From the NCBI GenBank assembly GCA_963714835.1, contig CAVQPX010000026.1, forward strand, positions 14,256 through 78,255: a stretch of 64,000 nucleotides of DNA. The letters run 5' to 3'. Source of the stretch: an uncultured Chloroflexia bacterium. GTDB taxonomy: Bacteria; Chloroflexota; Limnocylindria; Limnocylindrales; CSP1-4. Numbering within the stretch: position 1 is the stretch's first letter; every line of letters starts with the position of its first letter. The notes beneath the pieces were generated by a model, which saw only the letters and a list, made by a program, of their open reading frames with translations, was not told the origin of the DNA and ran no database searches. The translations under genes and the position numbers were made by a program. Of the stretch, positions 8,759 to 20,000 are shown piece after piece.

Positions 8759-10552
8759 GTGACGACGGTGATCGTGGTCGGTGGCGGAGTGGCCGGGATG
8801 AGCGCGGCCCACGAGCTCGTCGAACGTGGGTACACGGTTCGCGTCTTCGAGCGGCAATCGCTCCCTGGCGGCAAGGCGCGCAGCGTGCTGAAGGCAGGCA
8901 CCGGCACGGATGGCCGGTCGGATCTGCCCGGCGAACACGGCTTCCGGTTCTTCCCGCGCTTCTATCGCCACGTCACCGACACGATGAAGCGCGTCCCCGT
9001 CGGCGATGGGCGCAACGCGTTCCAGAACCTCGTCGAGGCGAGCCGCGATGAGATCGCCCGCACCGGTCGAACCCCGATCGTCATGCCGGCCTGGTTCCCG
9101 CGATCCATCGGGGACCTCGAGGTGCTCGCGCGCGATGCCGGTTCGGCCCGCGGCCTCGGATTGACCGAGGAAGACATCACCGAATTCGCGGCGCGGGTCT
9201 GGCAGCTGATCACGAGCAGCGAGATCCGCGGTCTTCAGGAGTACGAGCGCCTCCCCTGGTTCACGTACCTGGGCTCCGACAAGCGATCGCAGGCCTTCCG
9301 CGACATCCTCGCTCGGGGCCTCACCCGCTCGCTCGTCGCGGCCACCCCCAAGGAAGCCAGTACGGCCGTCGGCGGCACGGTCCTCACCGAGCTCATCTTC
9401 GCCACGACGCGCCCGGGCACGAGCGGCGATCGGCTGCTGAACGGACCCACGAACGATGTCTGGCTGACGCCGTGGCTCGCGCACCTCAGGAAGCAGGGGG
9501 TCGACTACCACCTGGACGCCGAGGTCGTGGGCATCGATTGCGTCGATGGCCGGATCACCGGGGTGACCGTGAACGAAGGCGGCACGACCTCGGTGGTCAC
9601 CGGGGACTACTACGTCGCTGCCGTTCCCGTCGAGCGGATGAACCGCCTGCTCACCGACGCGATGGTGGATGCCGACCCGATCCTCGCCGGCATTCGAACG
9701 CTGGCCGACGACGTCGCCTGGATGACCGGGATCCAGTTCTACCTGGATCGTGAAGTCGACGTCATCAACGGCCACGTGACCTACATCGATACGCCGTGGG
9801 CCCTGACCTCCATCTCCCAGGCCCAGTTCTGGACGAAGTACCGGCTTGCCGACTACGGCGACGGCACGGTCCGCGACATCCTCTCGGTCGACATCTCCGA
9901 TTGGGAGACCCCGGGGATCCTGGACCACGAACCCCGCGGTGAGTGTGCCGATCCGGTCCAGCCGGGCGATGGGGTTGCCGAGCCCGGCCCCGGGCCACGC
10001 CGGTTGCCGGCGCGCTGCTGCACGCCGCAACAGATCGCCGACGAGGTGTGGGCGCAGATCAAGGCGTGCCTCAACGTCGACGGCAACGAGGTCCTGACCG
10101 ACGCGATGCTCCGCGGTTGGTACCTCGATCGCGACATCGCCGAAGTGGGCGACCATCTCGAGAACGCAGAGCCGTTGCTCGTGAACAAGGCCGGCCGCTG
10201 GGCCATCCGGCCGACCGCCTCGACCCGCATCCCGAACCTGTTCCTTGCCTCGGACTATGTCCGGACGAACACGAACCTCGCGACGATGGAGGCAGCCAAC
10301 GAGGCCGCTCGACGCGCCGTCAACGGGATCATCGATGCCACGAACAGCCGGGCGCGGCCATGTGGCGTCTGGAGTCTCTACCAGCCCTGGGTGATCGCGC
10401 CGCTCCGCTGGCACGATGCGCGACGCTACGCGCAGGGGCTGCCGTGGGATCCTCGTCCGCCCAGGATCCTGCACGCGATCCAGTGGATCGCGACGTCGCT
10501 CGAAGGCCTCAGGCGGCGACCAGGGATCCGGCGGCGGCGCGGAGGGCGTTGA
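8759..10552 (+). CDS. FAD-dependent oxidoreductase (amine oxidase / phytoene-desaturase-like superfamily)
   Basis: VIVVGGGVAGMSAAHELVERGYTVRVFERQSLPGGKARS dinucleotide-binding fold. C-terminal NLFLASDYVRTNTNLATMEAANEAARRAVNGI is typical of this fold. GTG start. Confidence 0.8.
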   Translation: MTTVIVVGGGVAGMSAAHELVERGYTVRVFERQSLPGGKARSVLKAGTGTDGRSDLPGEHGFRFFPRFYRHVTDTMKRVPVGDGRNAFQNLVEASRDEIARTGRTPIVMPAWFPRSIGDLEVLARDAGSARGLGLTEEDITEFAARVWQLITSSEIRGLQEYERLPWFTYLGSDKRSQAFRDILARGLTRSLVAATPKEASTAVGGTVLTELIFATTRPGTSGDRLLNGPTNDVWLTPWLAHLRKQGVDYHLDAEVVGIDCVDGRITGVTVNEGGTTSVVTGDYYVAAVPVERMNRLLTDAMVDADPILAGIRTLADDVAWMTGIQFYLDREVDVINGHVTYIDTPWALTSISQAQFWTKYRLADYGDGTVRDILSVDISDWETPGILDHEPRGECADPVQPGDGVAEPGPGPRRLPARCCTPQQIADEVWAQIKACLNVDGNEVLTDAMLRGWYLDRDIAEVGDHLENAEPLLVNKAGRWAIRPTASTRIPNLFLASDYVRTNTNLATMEAANEAARRAVNGIIDATNSRARPCGVWSLYQPWVIAPLRWHDARRYAQGLPWDPRPPRILHAIQWIATSLEGLRRRPGIRRRRGGR

Positions 10553-13500
10553 CCCGCTCGGCGACCTCCGTCGCGCCAAGCGGCGCGAGCAGCGCCGCCG
10601 CCCGCTCGAGATCCCGTTCCCGCGCCGGGTCACCCACGGGCCGCGTCGTCGCCAGCGCCTCGAGGGCGAGCGCCTCGTCGAACGGCATGTCGAGCCGCGC
10701 CGCGAGGCGGGCGCTCCGTCGCCACGTGCGGATCGCATCGTCGGTCTTGCCGGACATGAGGGCGGCGTGGCCCGACAGGAGCGCCGCACGAGGGCGCGCG
10801 TCCCGATTGAACCAGGCAAAGCGGTTGAGTCCGCCCACAGCCCCGCGCGCATCACGCGCCCAGATGCTCTGGCGCGTGCGGCTGGGAGCCAGACTCTCGG
10901 CGCGCCAGAGCTGGAGGAGCACCTCGGCGGTCTTCGCACTGCCCAGGTAGGTATGCCACGAGGCCGGCGGGAAGTGCCGAATCAACGGGACCGCTGCTCG
11001 CGCGTGGGCCGCGGCTCCGTCCACGTCGCCCGACCGGAGCCGCGCCTCGGCCACGAGCCCGCGTACCCAGATCTCGTCGCTCACGTCGACGTCGGGTCCG
11101 AGCAGGCCTTCGAGCGTGTCGACGTGCGTCGGGTCGACCGCCCCGCGGGCCAGGTCCGTGGCGATCAGGGCACCCAGGCTCCAGATCCGCGCCTGACGGG
11201 CCCCGTCCGGACCGATCGCGCGCAACCCCTCTTCGAAGTACGGCCGGGCGCGATCGAACCAGCCCTGGTGGAGGTGCGCGAAGCCGATGAGGGAGAAGTT
11301 CGTGTGCCAGCGCATCCGGTCGCCGATCGTCTTGAACATCTCTGCCGCTCGCTCGGCATCGGCTCGGGCCCGATCCCAGTCGGCCTCCACGATGCCGATG
11401 ATCGATTCGAGGAAGACGGCGTACGCCTCGGCATCGGCGTCGCCGACCCGGGCGCTCGTCGCGTTGACGAGGCGCCGGTAGTAGCGGCCGATCGGTCGCA
11501 GGCCGACGAGTCCCAACAGGAACCGGAAGTTGCTGAGCGTGACGACGAGTTCGCGCGAATCGCCGGCGGGCCCCGCCGTGTTGAGTGCCCGAAGGATCGC
11601 GTGGACGAACGCCGGCACATCGTTGGCCCAATACATCACCTCGGTGACGTAGCGGTACGTCTCCGACTGTTCACGTGCAGGCTCCCGGCGGTCGACCGGG
11701 AGGCTGGGCATCCAGATCCGCTGGCCGATCTGGATGATGAGCTCGCGCGCGAGGGCCAGGCCCAGGCCCACGCGGTTCCGTGGCAGTCGCGAGCCGCTGA
11801 GCCGAAGTGAGTTTTCGAAGGGCTCCCGGGCGAGGCGATAGCGCGAGGTCTTGACGTATGCGATGCCCGCCCAGCGCTCCCACCGCCCGCGGCGCTCGGG
11901 ACCGGCCGGCCGGCCCTTGGCCAATCGAGTGCAAGGGCCTGGTCGATGGAGCGCAGCGCTTCGACGTTGGCATGCTGCCCGAGTGCCTGGCGCGCGGATC
12001 GCTCGAGGTATTCGAGCGCCTTGTCGGTCTCCTCGGCCCGCCCCCAGTGGTACGCGAGGAGCGGCAGGTGTGGCTCCAGGTCGCCGGCGAACGTCTCGTA
12101 CCAGAGGGCCACCGCGCGATGCAACGGACGCCGCTGGGCGTAGACCAGCAGGTCGTAGGCGACCTGCTGTGTGATGACGTGCTTGAACAGATACGCCAGA
12201 TCGGGCGCGGGGGCCGCAAGGGTCGTGAGGTCGAGCCGCCCGGCGTTGTCCAGGTGGGCCTTCAGCTGCTCCTCCTGGCGCTCGATGGGATGCACCTCGC
12301 CAAGGATCCGCATCCGAACGAGGCGCCCGATGACGCTGCCCACCTTGAGGGTCAGCTGCTCGGACGGGGACAGACGATCGATGCGGCTGGTGACGACGCC
12401 CTGGACCGTCTGCGGGATGTCCAGCGCCGAGAGGTCCGTCACCCCGGGCGCGAGTCGCCCGACCCGGCCATCGATGACGAGGTAGCCGCTGTCGCGCAGC
12501 GCGAACGCCAGCTGTTCGCTGAAGAACGGATTGCCCTCGGCGCGTTCGGTGACGAACGCTTCGATCGCCGGCGGCAGCTCATCGACGCCGAGTCCGAATC
12601 GAACGAGCGCGAGGGCCGCATCCTCACCGAGGGGCTCAAGGTCGATCCGAACGGCACCGGGCTCGTCGAGCAATCGCCCGAACTCAAGCGGGACCGGATC
12701 GGACATCGGACGGGTCGCGAGGACGAGGAGGACGCTGGGAACGCGGCGAGCGACCGCGAGCGCCAGGGTCCAGGACGACGAATCCATCCAGTGGGCGTCG
12801 TCGAGCACGACGATGATCGGCTCGGCCCGGGACACTCGGCCGAGGAGGTGGACGACGAGGTCGCGGACCGCATCCGCTCGAACGAGGCTGTCCATGCCCG
12901 ACGTGAGCGGGGTCTGGGGCAGCTCGATCGGCAGGATCGCGTCGAGAAGCGGCGCGCGCGCGCTGAGCACCGGGTCGTCGGCCAGGGCCGAGAGCACCAC
13001 CGTTCCGAGCCCAGCGCCGTCCACCCCGGCAACGTCCGACCCCTCGGCCGCGAGCCCGCCGCCGAGCAGCTCGAGGAGCGGTTGGCGCCAGACGTAGTAG
13101 GGCGTCGACTCTTCGATCGCATCCGACTCGCCGCGGACGTGACGCGCGCCGGCGGCGTCCTGGGCAAGGCGGCCGATGAGCGACGACTTGCCGATCCCGG
13201 GTTCGCCCACGATCGCGATGACCCCGCCTCGTCCGGTCGAACGGAGGGCCTCGACGCGCTCCGCCATGATCGCCCATTCCGCGTCGCGCCCGATGAACTG
13301 CGAACCCATCCTCGAGGGTCTCGCGATCGGCCCCGACGGCTGGCCGGCGCCGTCGAGCGGCGTGCCGCGCGGGAGGTCGGCGATCGACGGGAGCGGCCGA
13401 TACACCGCGAGCGCCGCGGCCTTCCCCTTGGCGGCCATCGTGCCCAGCGATTCCATGCGCACGCGCGCATCCACGTCGCGGGCGGTCGACGCGTCGACAC

Positions 13501-14710
13501 GCACATCGCCATCGGCCGCCTGCATGAGGCGAGCCGCGGTATTCATGACGTCGCCGAGGACCGCGTATTCGCGACGGATCGCGTTGCCGCGGACACCGCA
13601 GAACGCACGCCCGGATGCGACCCCGGCTCCCGCCCGCAGTCCGAGACGGGTGAGCGCCTCGACGATGGCCTGCGCCGCGAGGACTGCCCGCGCCGCGTCG
13701 TCTTCATGGGTCCGGTCGGGCAGGCCCCAGGCCGCGACGATGACCGTGCCCTTGTCCTCGACGACGAGTTGATTGAGGCTGCCGCCGTACCGCTCGATCG
13801 CCGACTGCGCCGCGACCGCGGCGGACTGGAGGACGGGGAGGGCTCGATCGCCCGTGTAGTCGAGGTCGGCGATGGCGACGAACATCGCAGAGACGCGGCG
13901 GAACTCGGCCAGCCAGCCCGACGGCTCGGCCTGGATGCGCCCGATGAGCTCTCGCGGGAGGTACGCCGCAAGCTGGTCGGCTGCCACCGGGTGCGTGACC
14001 TGCGCGGGTGCGCGCTCCGCGTGCGCGGGTGCGTGCGCTGCATGCGCGAGAGCGTGCGCCGGCGTGTGCGCCGGATCGTCGACCACGTCGTGCCGTGCGA
14101 TCCACACGTGGCGGTCATCCAGGGCCGTTCCCGAGACGGCCGCTGCTGCCGCCGCGTGAACGGTGGCCACGACCTGGTCGGGTTGGGCGCGAGATGCCGC
14201 GACACCCGCGTCGACGACCGGCGTGGATCCGATCACATAGCGCCAGGCGCCCTCGACGCCGCCCACGGTCCCGCTCCAGACATCGCCGCTGGCGATGCCG
14301 GCGCGGACCCGGATCTGGATCCCCGCGGGAGTCGATGTCGCCCCGATCGCGACCTGGAGTGCGTGGCCGCAGGCGATCGAACGCCGGACCGCCGGCCCGG
14401 GGTCGGCCGGGTCGGCCGGCCACAACGCGACGACGGCGTCGCCGGCGAACTGGCCGATATCGCCCCCGGTCGCCGCGACCTCGTCGATGATCGTGCCGAA
14501 TGTCGTGTTGACCAGATCGGCGAGGATCTCGGCGCCGCCCGGTCCTTCCTGCGCAAGTCGTTCCGTGAGCGCCGTGAACCCGGTGATGTCGACCACCATG
14601 ACGGCGGCATGCGAGCGCCACTCACGCTGATCCGGCGCGGCGTCCGGCATTTCCCGGAGCCGGTCGACCAGTCGCGCGGGTACATATGGCCCCCACGCGG
14701 ACGCATCCAT
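10509..14710 (-). pseudogene. Tandem class III adenylate/guanylate cyclase domains + AAA/STAND-type ATPase + TPR region, split by a frameshift near 11900-11930
   Basis: Cyclase motifs: AVMVVDITGFTALTE...FAGDAVVALW and SAMFVAIADLD...VVEDKGTVIVAAWG. P-loop: IVGEPGIGKSSL. The upstream ORF (11636..14785 frame) loses protein-like sequence after ...SIDQALALD. The ORF at 10509..11924 continues in another frame with ERRGRWERWAGIAY... and a TPR-like tail. Start taken at MDASAWGPYVP (14710). Confidence 0.75.
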
Positions 14711-14775
14711 CGCGTCAGACTCTACTGCCGACGGAGGCTTGCGAATAGCCGGTCGATGGAGGCACGGGAGCAGCC

Positions 14776-16947
14776 ATGATGACACCGGTTCGGCAGCGGA
14801 TCGCGATCCTCGGCGGCGGCATCGCCTCCCTGGCCACGGCGGTCGAATTGACGAGCCAGCCCGGCTGGCAGGACCGCTACGACATCACCGTCTACCAGCT
14901 CGGCTGGCGGCTCGGCGGCAAGGGCGCGAGCGGCCGGAACCTCGAGATCGGGGGCCGCATCGAGGAGCACGGTCTTCACGTGTGGTTCGGTTGCTACGAC
15001 CGCGCGTTCGCGATGCTCCGTTCCTGCTACGAGGAACTCGGACGACCGCCGACGGCACCGTTCGCGACGCTCGAATCGGCGTTCCAGGCACAGAACGAGA
15101 CGCCCTACTTCGAGCTTGTCGACGGACGCTGGTCGGTCTGGCCGATGTGGTTTCCTCCGAACCCTGCCGCGCCCGGGTCCGGTGGCGAATTCCTGACCCC
15201 GTGGGACATGCTCGTCATGCTCGTCGAGTCGCTGGTCCACGTCGTAGAGGGGATCCTGCACGTCGCACCCCATGTCGCGAGTCCCGCCAACGGCGCGGCC
15301 CACGCGACCGGCGGAGGCATTCCCGGCTGGCTCCAGAAGCACCTGCCGAGCCAGCTCGCCAACGCACCCGAGACGCTCGTCCACACGCTGCTCCGCCTCG
15401 TCCAGTCGGTCCCTCGCGATCCGAAGGCCCACCATCCAGACGTCCACCGGGGGATCGGCTGGCTGGCTGGCGCGATCAGGACGTGGCTCTTCCATCGCCT
15501 CGCATCCGAGGCCCACAGCGACAGCGTCCGGCGGATGATCATCGAGCTGGACCTCGGGCTGACGCTCATCGGCGGCCTCGTCGCGGACGGCGTGCCCGGC
15601 AAGGGGTTCGAGGCCATCGACGGCGAGGACGTGCGCGCCTGGTTCCGCCGGCATGGCGCGCAACCAGAGACCGTGGAGTCCAGCCCGATCCGGGCGCTGT
15701 ACGACCTCTACTTCGCCTACGAAGACGGCGACATCGCGCGGCCGAGCTTCTCGGCCGGCGTGGCCATCGCGGCCGTCCTCCGATTGGCGATGACCTACAA
15801 GGGTGCCGTCCTGTACGAGATGCGTGCGGGGATGGGCGAGGTGGTCGTCGCGCCGATCTACGAGGTGCTCGCGAAGCGTGGGGTCAAGTTCGCATTCTTC
15901 CATCGGGTCGACCGGCTCGTTCTGTCGGCCGACGGGACCCGCGTGGAGCGCGTGGAGATGGGTCGCCAGGCGGCGCTCGCCGACGGCACGCTCGACGGCT
16001 ATCGCCCGCTGATCGACGTCGATGGGTTGCCGTGCTGGCCGATCGAGCCCCTGTACGACCAGTTGGCCACCGGCGACGCCGAGCGGCTGCGCGGCGTGAA
16101 TCTCGAGTCGCACTGGGCCCAGCGCCCCGACGCCGGGAAGACCGTGCTGCACGCCGGGGCCGATTTCGATCAGGTCGTGCTCGGCATCTCGCTGGCGGCC
16201 GTGAAGCCGATCGCGACCGACCTCGTCGCGAAACACCGCGCGTGGGCGGACATGTTCGCGCACCTCGCCACGAACCAGACCGTGGCCGCGCAGCTCTGGA
16301 TGACTCCGAACCTCCAGGAGCTTGGCTGGACGCGTGGCCCGGTCCCGGCCGATGCGGCCCCGGAACCGCTCGATGTGTGGGCGGATCGCACCGACACGAT
16401 CCAGCGCGAGGGCTGGCCGGCCGGATCGCGGCCGGGATCGGTCCAGTACGTGTGCGGGCCGTTGCCTGGTGACTGGGCGGCGCGCAGGCCGTCGGACGCT
16501 GCCGTCCCGGCGGAGGCTCGAGCGGAGGTCGTCGCGCTGGTCACGCGCTGGCTCAACGACCACGGGCCGTCGCTGTGGCCGCGGGCCGCGGCACGAGGGG
16601 GCGGCTTCGATTGGTCCGCGCTCCACGTCCCGCCCGGGCCTTCAGCGGCCTCGGGGCCCCCAGAGACGTCGGGACCTGACGGGCCGGCGAGGCTCGAGGC
16701 GCAGTTCCTCCGGGCGAACATCGATCCCACCGAGCGCTACGTCCTGTCGCTGCCCGGGACCGCCCGCTATCGCCTTGGCGCCGACGAGTCGGGCTGCTCC
16801 AACCTCGTGCTCACGGGCGACTGGACGCGCACGGAGTGGAACGTCGGGTGCATCGAGGCGGCGACGATCTCCGGCCTGAATGCCGCGGGTGTCGTCGTGG
16901 ACCGGGCGGGCTCGCTGGGTGGCAGCGCCGAGGCACGATCTCGCTAG
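14776..16947 (+). CDS. NAD(P)/FAD-binding oxidoreductase (COG3349-like, desaturase/amine-oxidase fold)
   Basis: RIAILGGGIASLATAVELTSQ...VYQLGWRLGGKGASGRN...EEHGLHVWFGCY at the N-terminus. NLVLTGDWTRTEWNVGCIEAATISGLNAA at the C-terminus. Confidence 0.8.
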   Translation: MMTPVRQRIAILGGGIASLATAVELTSQPGWQDRYDITVYQLGWRLGGKGASGRNLEIGGRIEEHGLHVWFGCYDRAFAMLRSCYEELGRPPTAPFATLESAFQAQNETPYFELVDGRWSVWPMWFPPNPAAPGSGGEFLTPWDMLVMLVESLVHVVEGILHVAPHVASPANGAAHATGGGIPGWLQKHLPSQLANAPETLVHTLLRLVQSVPRDPKAHHPDVHRGIGWLAGAIRTWLFHRLASEAHSDSVRRMIIELDLGLTLIGGLVADGVPGKGFEAIDGEDVRAWFRRHGAQPETVESSPIRALYDLYFAYEDGDIARPSFSAGVAIAAVLRLAMTYKGAVLYEMRAGMGEVVVAPIYEVLAKRGVKFAFFHRVDRLVLSADGTRVERVEMGRQAALADGTLDGYRPLIDVDGLPCWPIEPLYDQLATGDAERLRGVNLESHWAQRPDAGKTVLHAGADFDQVVLGISLAAVKPIATDLVAKHRAWADMFAHLATNQTVAAQLWMTPNLQELGWTRGPVPADAAPEPLDVWADRTDTIQREGWPAGSRPGSVQYVCGPLPGDWAARRPSDAAVPAEARAEVVALVTRWLNDHGPSLWPRAAARGGGFDWSALHVPPGPSAASGPPETSGPDGPARLEAQFLRANIDPTERYVLSLPGTARYRLGADESGCSNLVLTGDWTRTEWNVGCIEAATISGLNAAGVVVDRAGSLGGSAEARSR

Positions 16948-17036
16948 GTTCCGGCCGGCGGCCGCTCGGGCCAGCCGCTGCGGACGCCCGTCGCGCCCGT
17001 CGAGAGTCCGGTCGAGACGTGCGTCGTGTCGGCTCG

Positions 17037-20000
17037 TCAGCGCGTGGCTGACGTGTCCATCACCGGGGCGTCGGTCGTGGGGGCGTCCCCGGCCTCGGCG
17101 CCGCGTGTTGCCGGGTCGGGCTCCGACGCGACTTCACCGCTGCGGGCAAGCGCTGCATCGAGCCGGGCGAGCATGGGCATCGCCTCCAGCCGAACGAGGA
17201 TCTCGCGTGCGGACTCGGCCGCGGTTCGAACCTCCGGGTCGGTCACGTCGAGAAGGATGGCCATGTCGAGCCCGCATAGGGCCTCGTCCCAGGTGAGCCC
17301 CAGGTCGCGCCACGCTCGCAGGGCACCTCGGAAACCGGACATCGCGTCGGCCGTTCGCCCTTCGCGAGCGGCGATCCCGGCCCCGACGGTCTTCAGGGCG
17401 GCCGCGAGGGCTGGTCCGTGGAGCCCGGCAGCGGTCAGCGCGACGAGGTCGTCCGCGGCCGCAGCCAATTCCCCGGCCCAGAGCGTGGCTCGCGCGGATT
17501 GGGGCAGGGCCACCTGCATGGCCACTGGCCAGATCGTGACCGAACGACGGAACTCGCTCGCAGCCGCCTCGAGGTCGCCCGATGCGAGCGCGACCCAGGC
17601 TTCGGTGAGCACGAGATTCGCGTCGAGCTGATGATCATCCAACCGACCGATGAGCCCACGGAGTTCCGCGAGGCCTTCGTCTGGCGCTTCACCTCGCATC
17701 GCTCCAAGTTGCACGAGCGTGGTCAGCAGCGTCGCTCGATCCGTGTCCTCCCACTCGTCGGTCAGCGCCTCGGCCATTTCGGATCGGATGGTCTCCCAGT
17801 CGCCGAAACGGACGAGCTGCTCCCATCGGCCGCTCAGCATGTTCGGGATCCAGCGACGAGCGCCGAGCCGACGCGCCAGCGCAAGGCCTTCGTTCGCGGT
17901 CTTCTCGGCGAGGCGCGGATCGACATCCCCCTGATAGCCGCTCAGGTTGTTCAACGCACGCAGGACGGTCGCCACCAGGCCCAGCTGAGCGGCGACATCC
18001 CGCCCCGCGATGACGATCGCGCTGCCCTCGATGACCCGCCCGATCGTCCCAAGGGCCGAGCCCTTCGTGATCAGGGTGTCGGCGATGAGCGCTTTGAGAT
18101 CGGCGTGCTCGGCAGCCTCCAGGACCAGGTCGGCGACCTCGATCGCTCGACGATCGTCGCCGATCAGGAAGTGAGCCCGGGCGAGCTGGCTCATCACGGC
18201 GATCCCGGCAGGGTCGGTCGCGATGTCGGCGAATTCCTCGGCCGCGGGCTCAAGGAGGGAGAGGGCGTCCTGCGGGTGCGAGATATCGCTGAGTTGCCGG
18301 CTGAGGGCTGCGAGCGCGGCGGCGATCGCCGGTCGGTCTCCCAGCGTCCTGCGGAGATCGACCGCGCGGCGAAGGTGTGCCTCCGCCGCCTCGTGGCGCC
18401 CGTCCATCTCGGCAGCCTCTCCCGCCTGCCCCAGGATCTCGGCAGTTTCGCGTGGGTCGGTGGTCACCGTCAGCGCTTGTTCGAGGGACTGGTGCGCGGA
18501 TCCATGGGACCCGAGCGAAGTCGCGCGGTCGGCAGCCGCTCGCAGCGCGATCCGGGCCTGCCCTGCGAGCGCGTCGGCCTCCGCTCCCTCGGCGCTGTTC
18601 TGATAGGCGGCCAGGTAGTGGCCTGCGAGGGCACCGGCGATCTCGTCGGTATCGAGGCTCTCGAAGAACCGGGCGGCGGCGAGGTGGCGCGTCTTCCGGT
18701 CGCGTTTCGCGAGGCTGTTGTAGGCGACCTCGCGGATGAGCGCCTGGACGAACAGGTACTGGCCGTGGTCGGGGCTGCGCGGATCCGAGATCAGGGTGAG
18801 GAACTCGCGACGGACCAGGGAGTGCAGACGGTCGGTGAGTTCCGCCGCGGGCACCTGGCTGAGGGCGGCCAGGCCCTCGAGGCCGAAGCTCTGGCCGAGC
18901 ACGGCGGCGTCGGAGATCAAGGCTCGATCCTCGGCTGGCAGCCCATCGAGCCGGGACGCGATCAGTGCGGTCAGGGTCTCGGGGACCGCGAGTGTCGAAA
19001 GGTCGCCGACCGGCCGATAGGCGTCGCCATCGAGGACCAGCCGGCCATTCGGCAACGAGCATCCGCACGGTCTCGATGGCGTACAAGCGGGATGCCGTCC
19101 GCTCGGGCCACGATCGCCTTCTCGGCGTCACTCGGCAGCCCGGGAACGAGCCCGATGAGGAGCTCGCGCATCGCGTCCTGGGACAGCGGCTCCAGGAAGA
19201 TCGAGGTGAAGCTGCGCTTGCCGCCGCCCCACTCGGGCCGTCGCTCGAGGAGTTCGGGCCGGGCCAGGGTAACCACCGAGATCGGATAGCCTCGGCTCCA
19301 CTCCATGAGATGGTCGACGAAGTCGATCAGGCCGCCGTCGGCGAAGTGGAAGTCCTCGAAGACCATGAGCACCGGCGCGGTCGCCGAGAGCCGCTCGAAG
19401 AACGTCCGCCACGCCCCGAAGAGCTGGTCCGCGCCCATCCCCGTCTCGATGCCCAGGAGCGCGAGCAGGGCCGGCTCGATCCACTTGCGCTCGTCGGGAT
19501 CGGGCACGTGCTCGGCGACACTCGCCGCGATCTTGGTGCGGGTGGTCGCCTCGTCGTCCGACTCGTGCAGGCCGGCGCGCCGGCGGACCATCTCGCCGAG
19601 TGCCCAGAACGTGATCCCGTCGCCATACGCCGGGGAGCGGCCTTCGTGATACCAGACCGTATCGATGATCCCGTCGGTGTACTTGTGGAACTCCCAGGCG
19701 AGGCGGCTCTTGCCGATCCCGGCCGGCCCGATGATCGAAACGAGCCGGGCCTTCTGCTCGCGGCCCGTCGCATGAAAGAGGTCCTTCAAGAGGCGCAGGT
19801 CGTCGTCACGGCCGACGAACGGGGCCTCCAGCGTGTCCGACCGGTTGCGACCACCGACCTGGGCGACGACCCGAACCGCGCGCCATGCCGGGACCGGGGC
19901 GGACTTCCCCTTGAGGTGTTGCTCGCCGGCCGCTTCGAAGGCGATCGCCTGAGATGCCGCACGCTGGGTCGCTTCGCCGACGAGGACCGTGCCGGGTGCC

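Noticed and set aside
9900-10030. A possible double frameshift inside the first FAD oxidoreductase (segment DHEPRGECADPVQPGDGVAEPGPGPRRLPARC)
   Set aside because: The segment looks like a roughly 30-aa low-complexity insertion relative to what I expect for the family. The frame stays open, and neither alternative frame gives a better continuation, so it is treated as an insertion, not a lesion.
4974-19289. Long antisense ORFs such as 4974..6344(-), 6516..7979(-), 8714..10939(-), 11858..14779(+), 14722..16626(-) and 17418..19289(+)
   Set aside because: Each lies opposite a gene with clear family motifs. Their translations are dominated by Arg, Gly, Pro, Asp and Ala with no recognisable domain. 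This is expected for a genome of about 70% GC.
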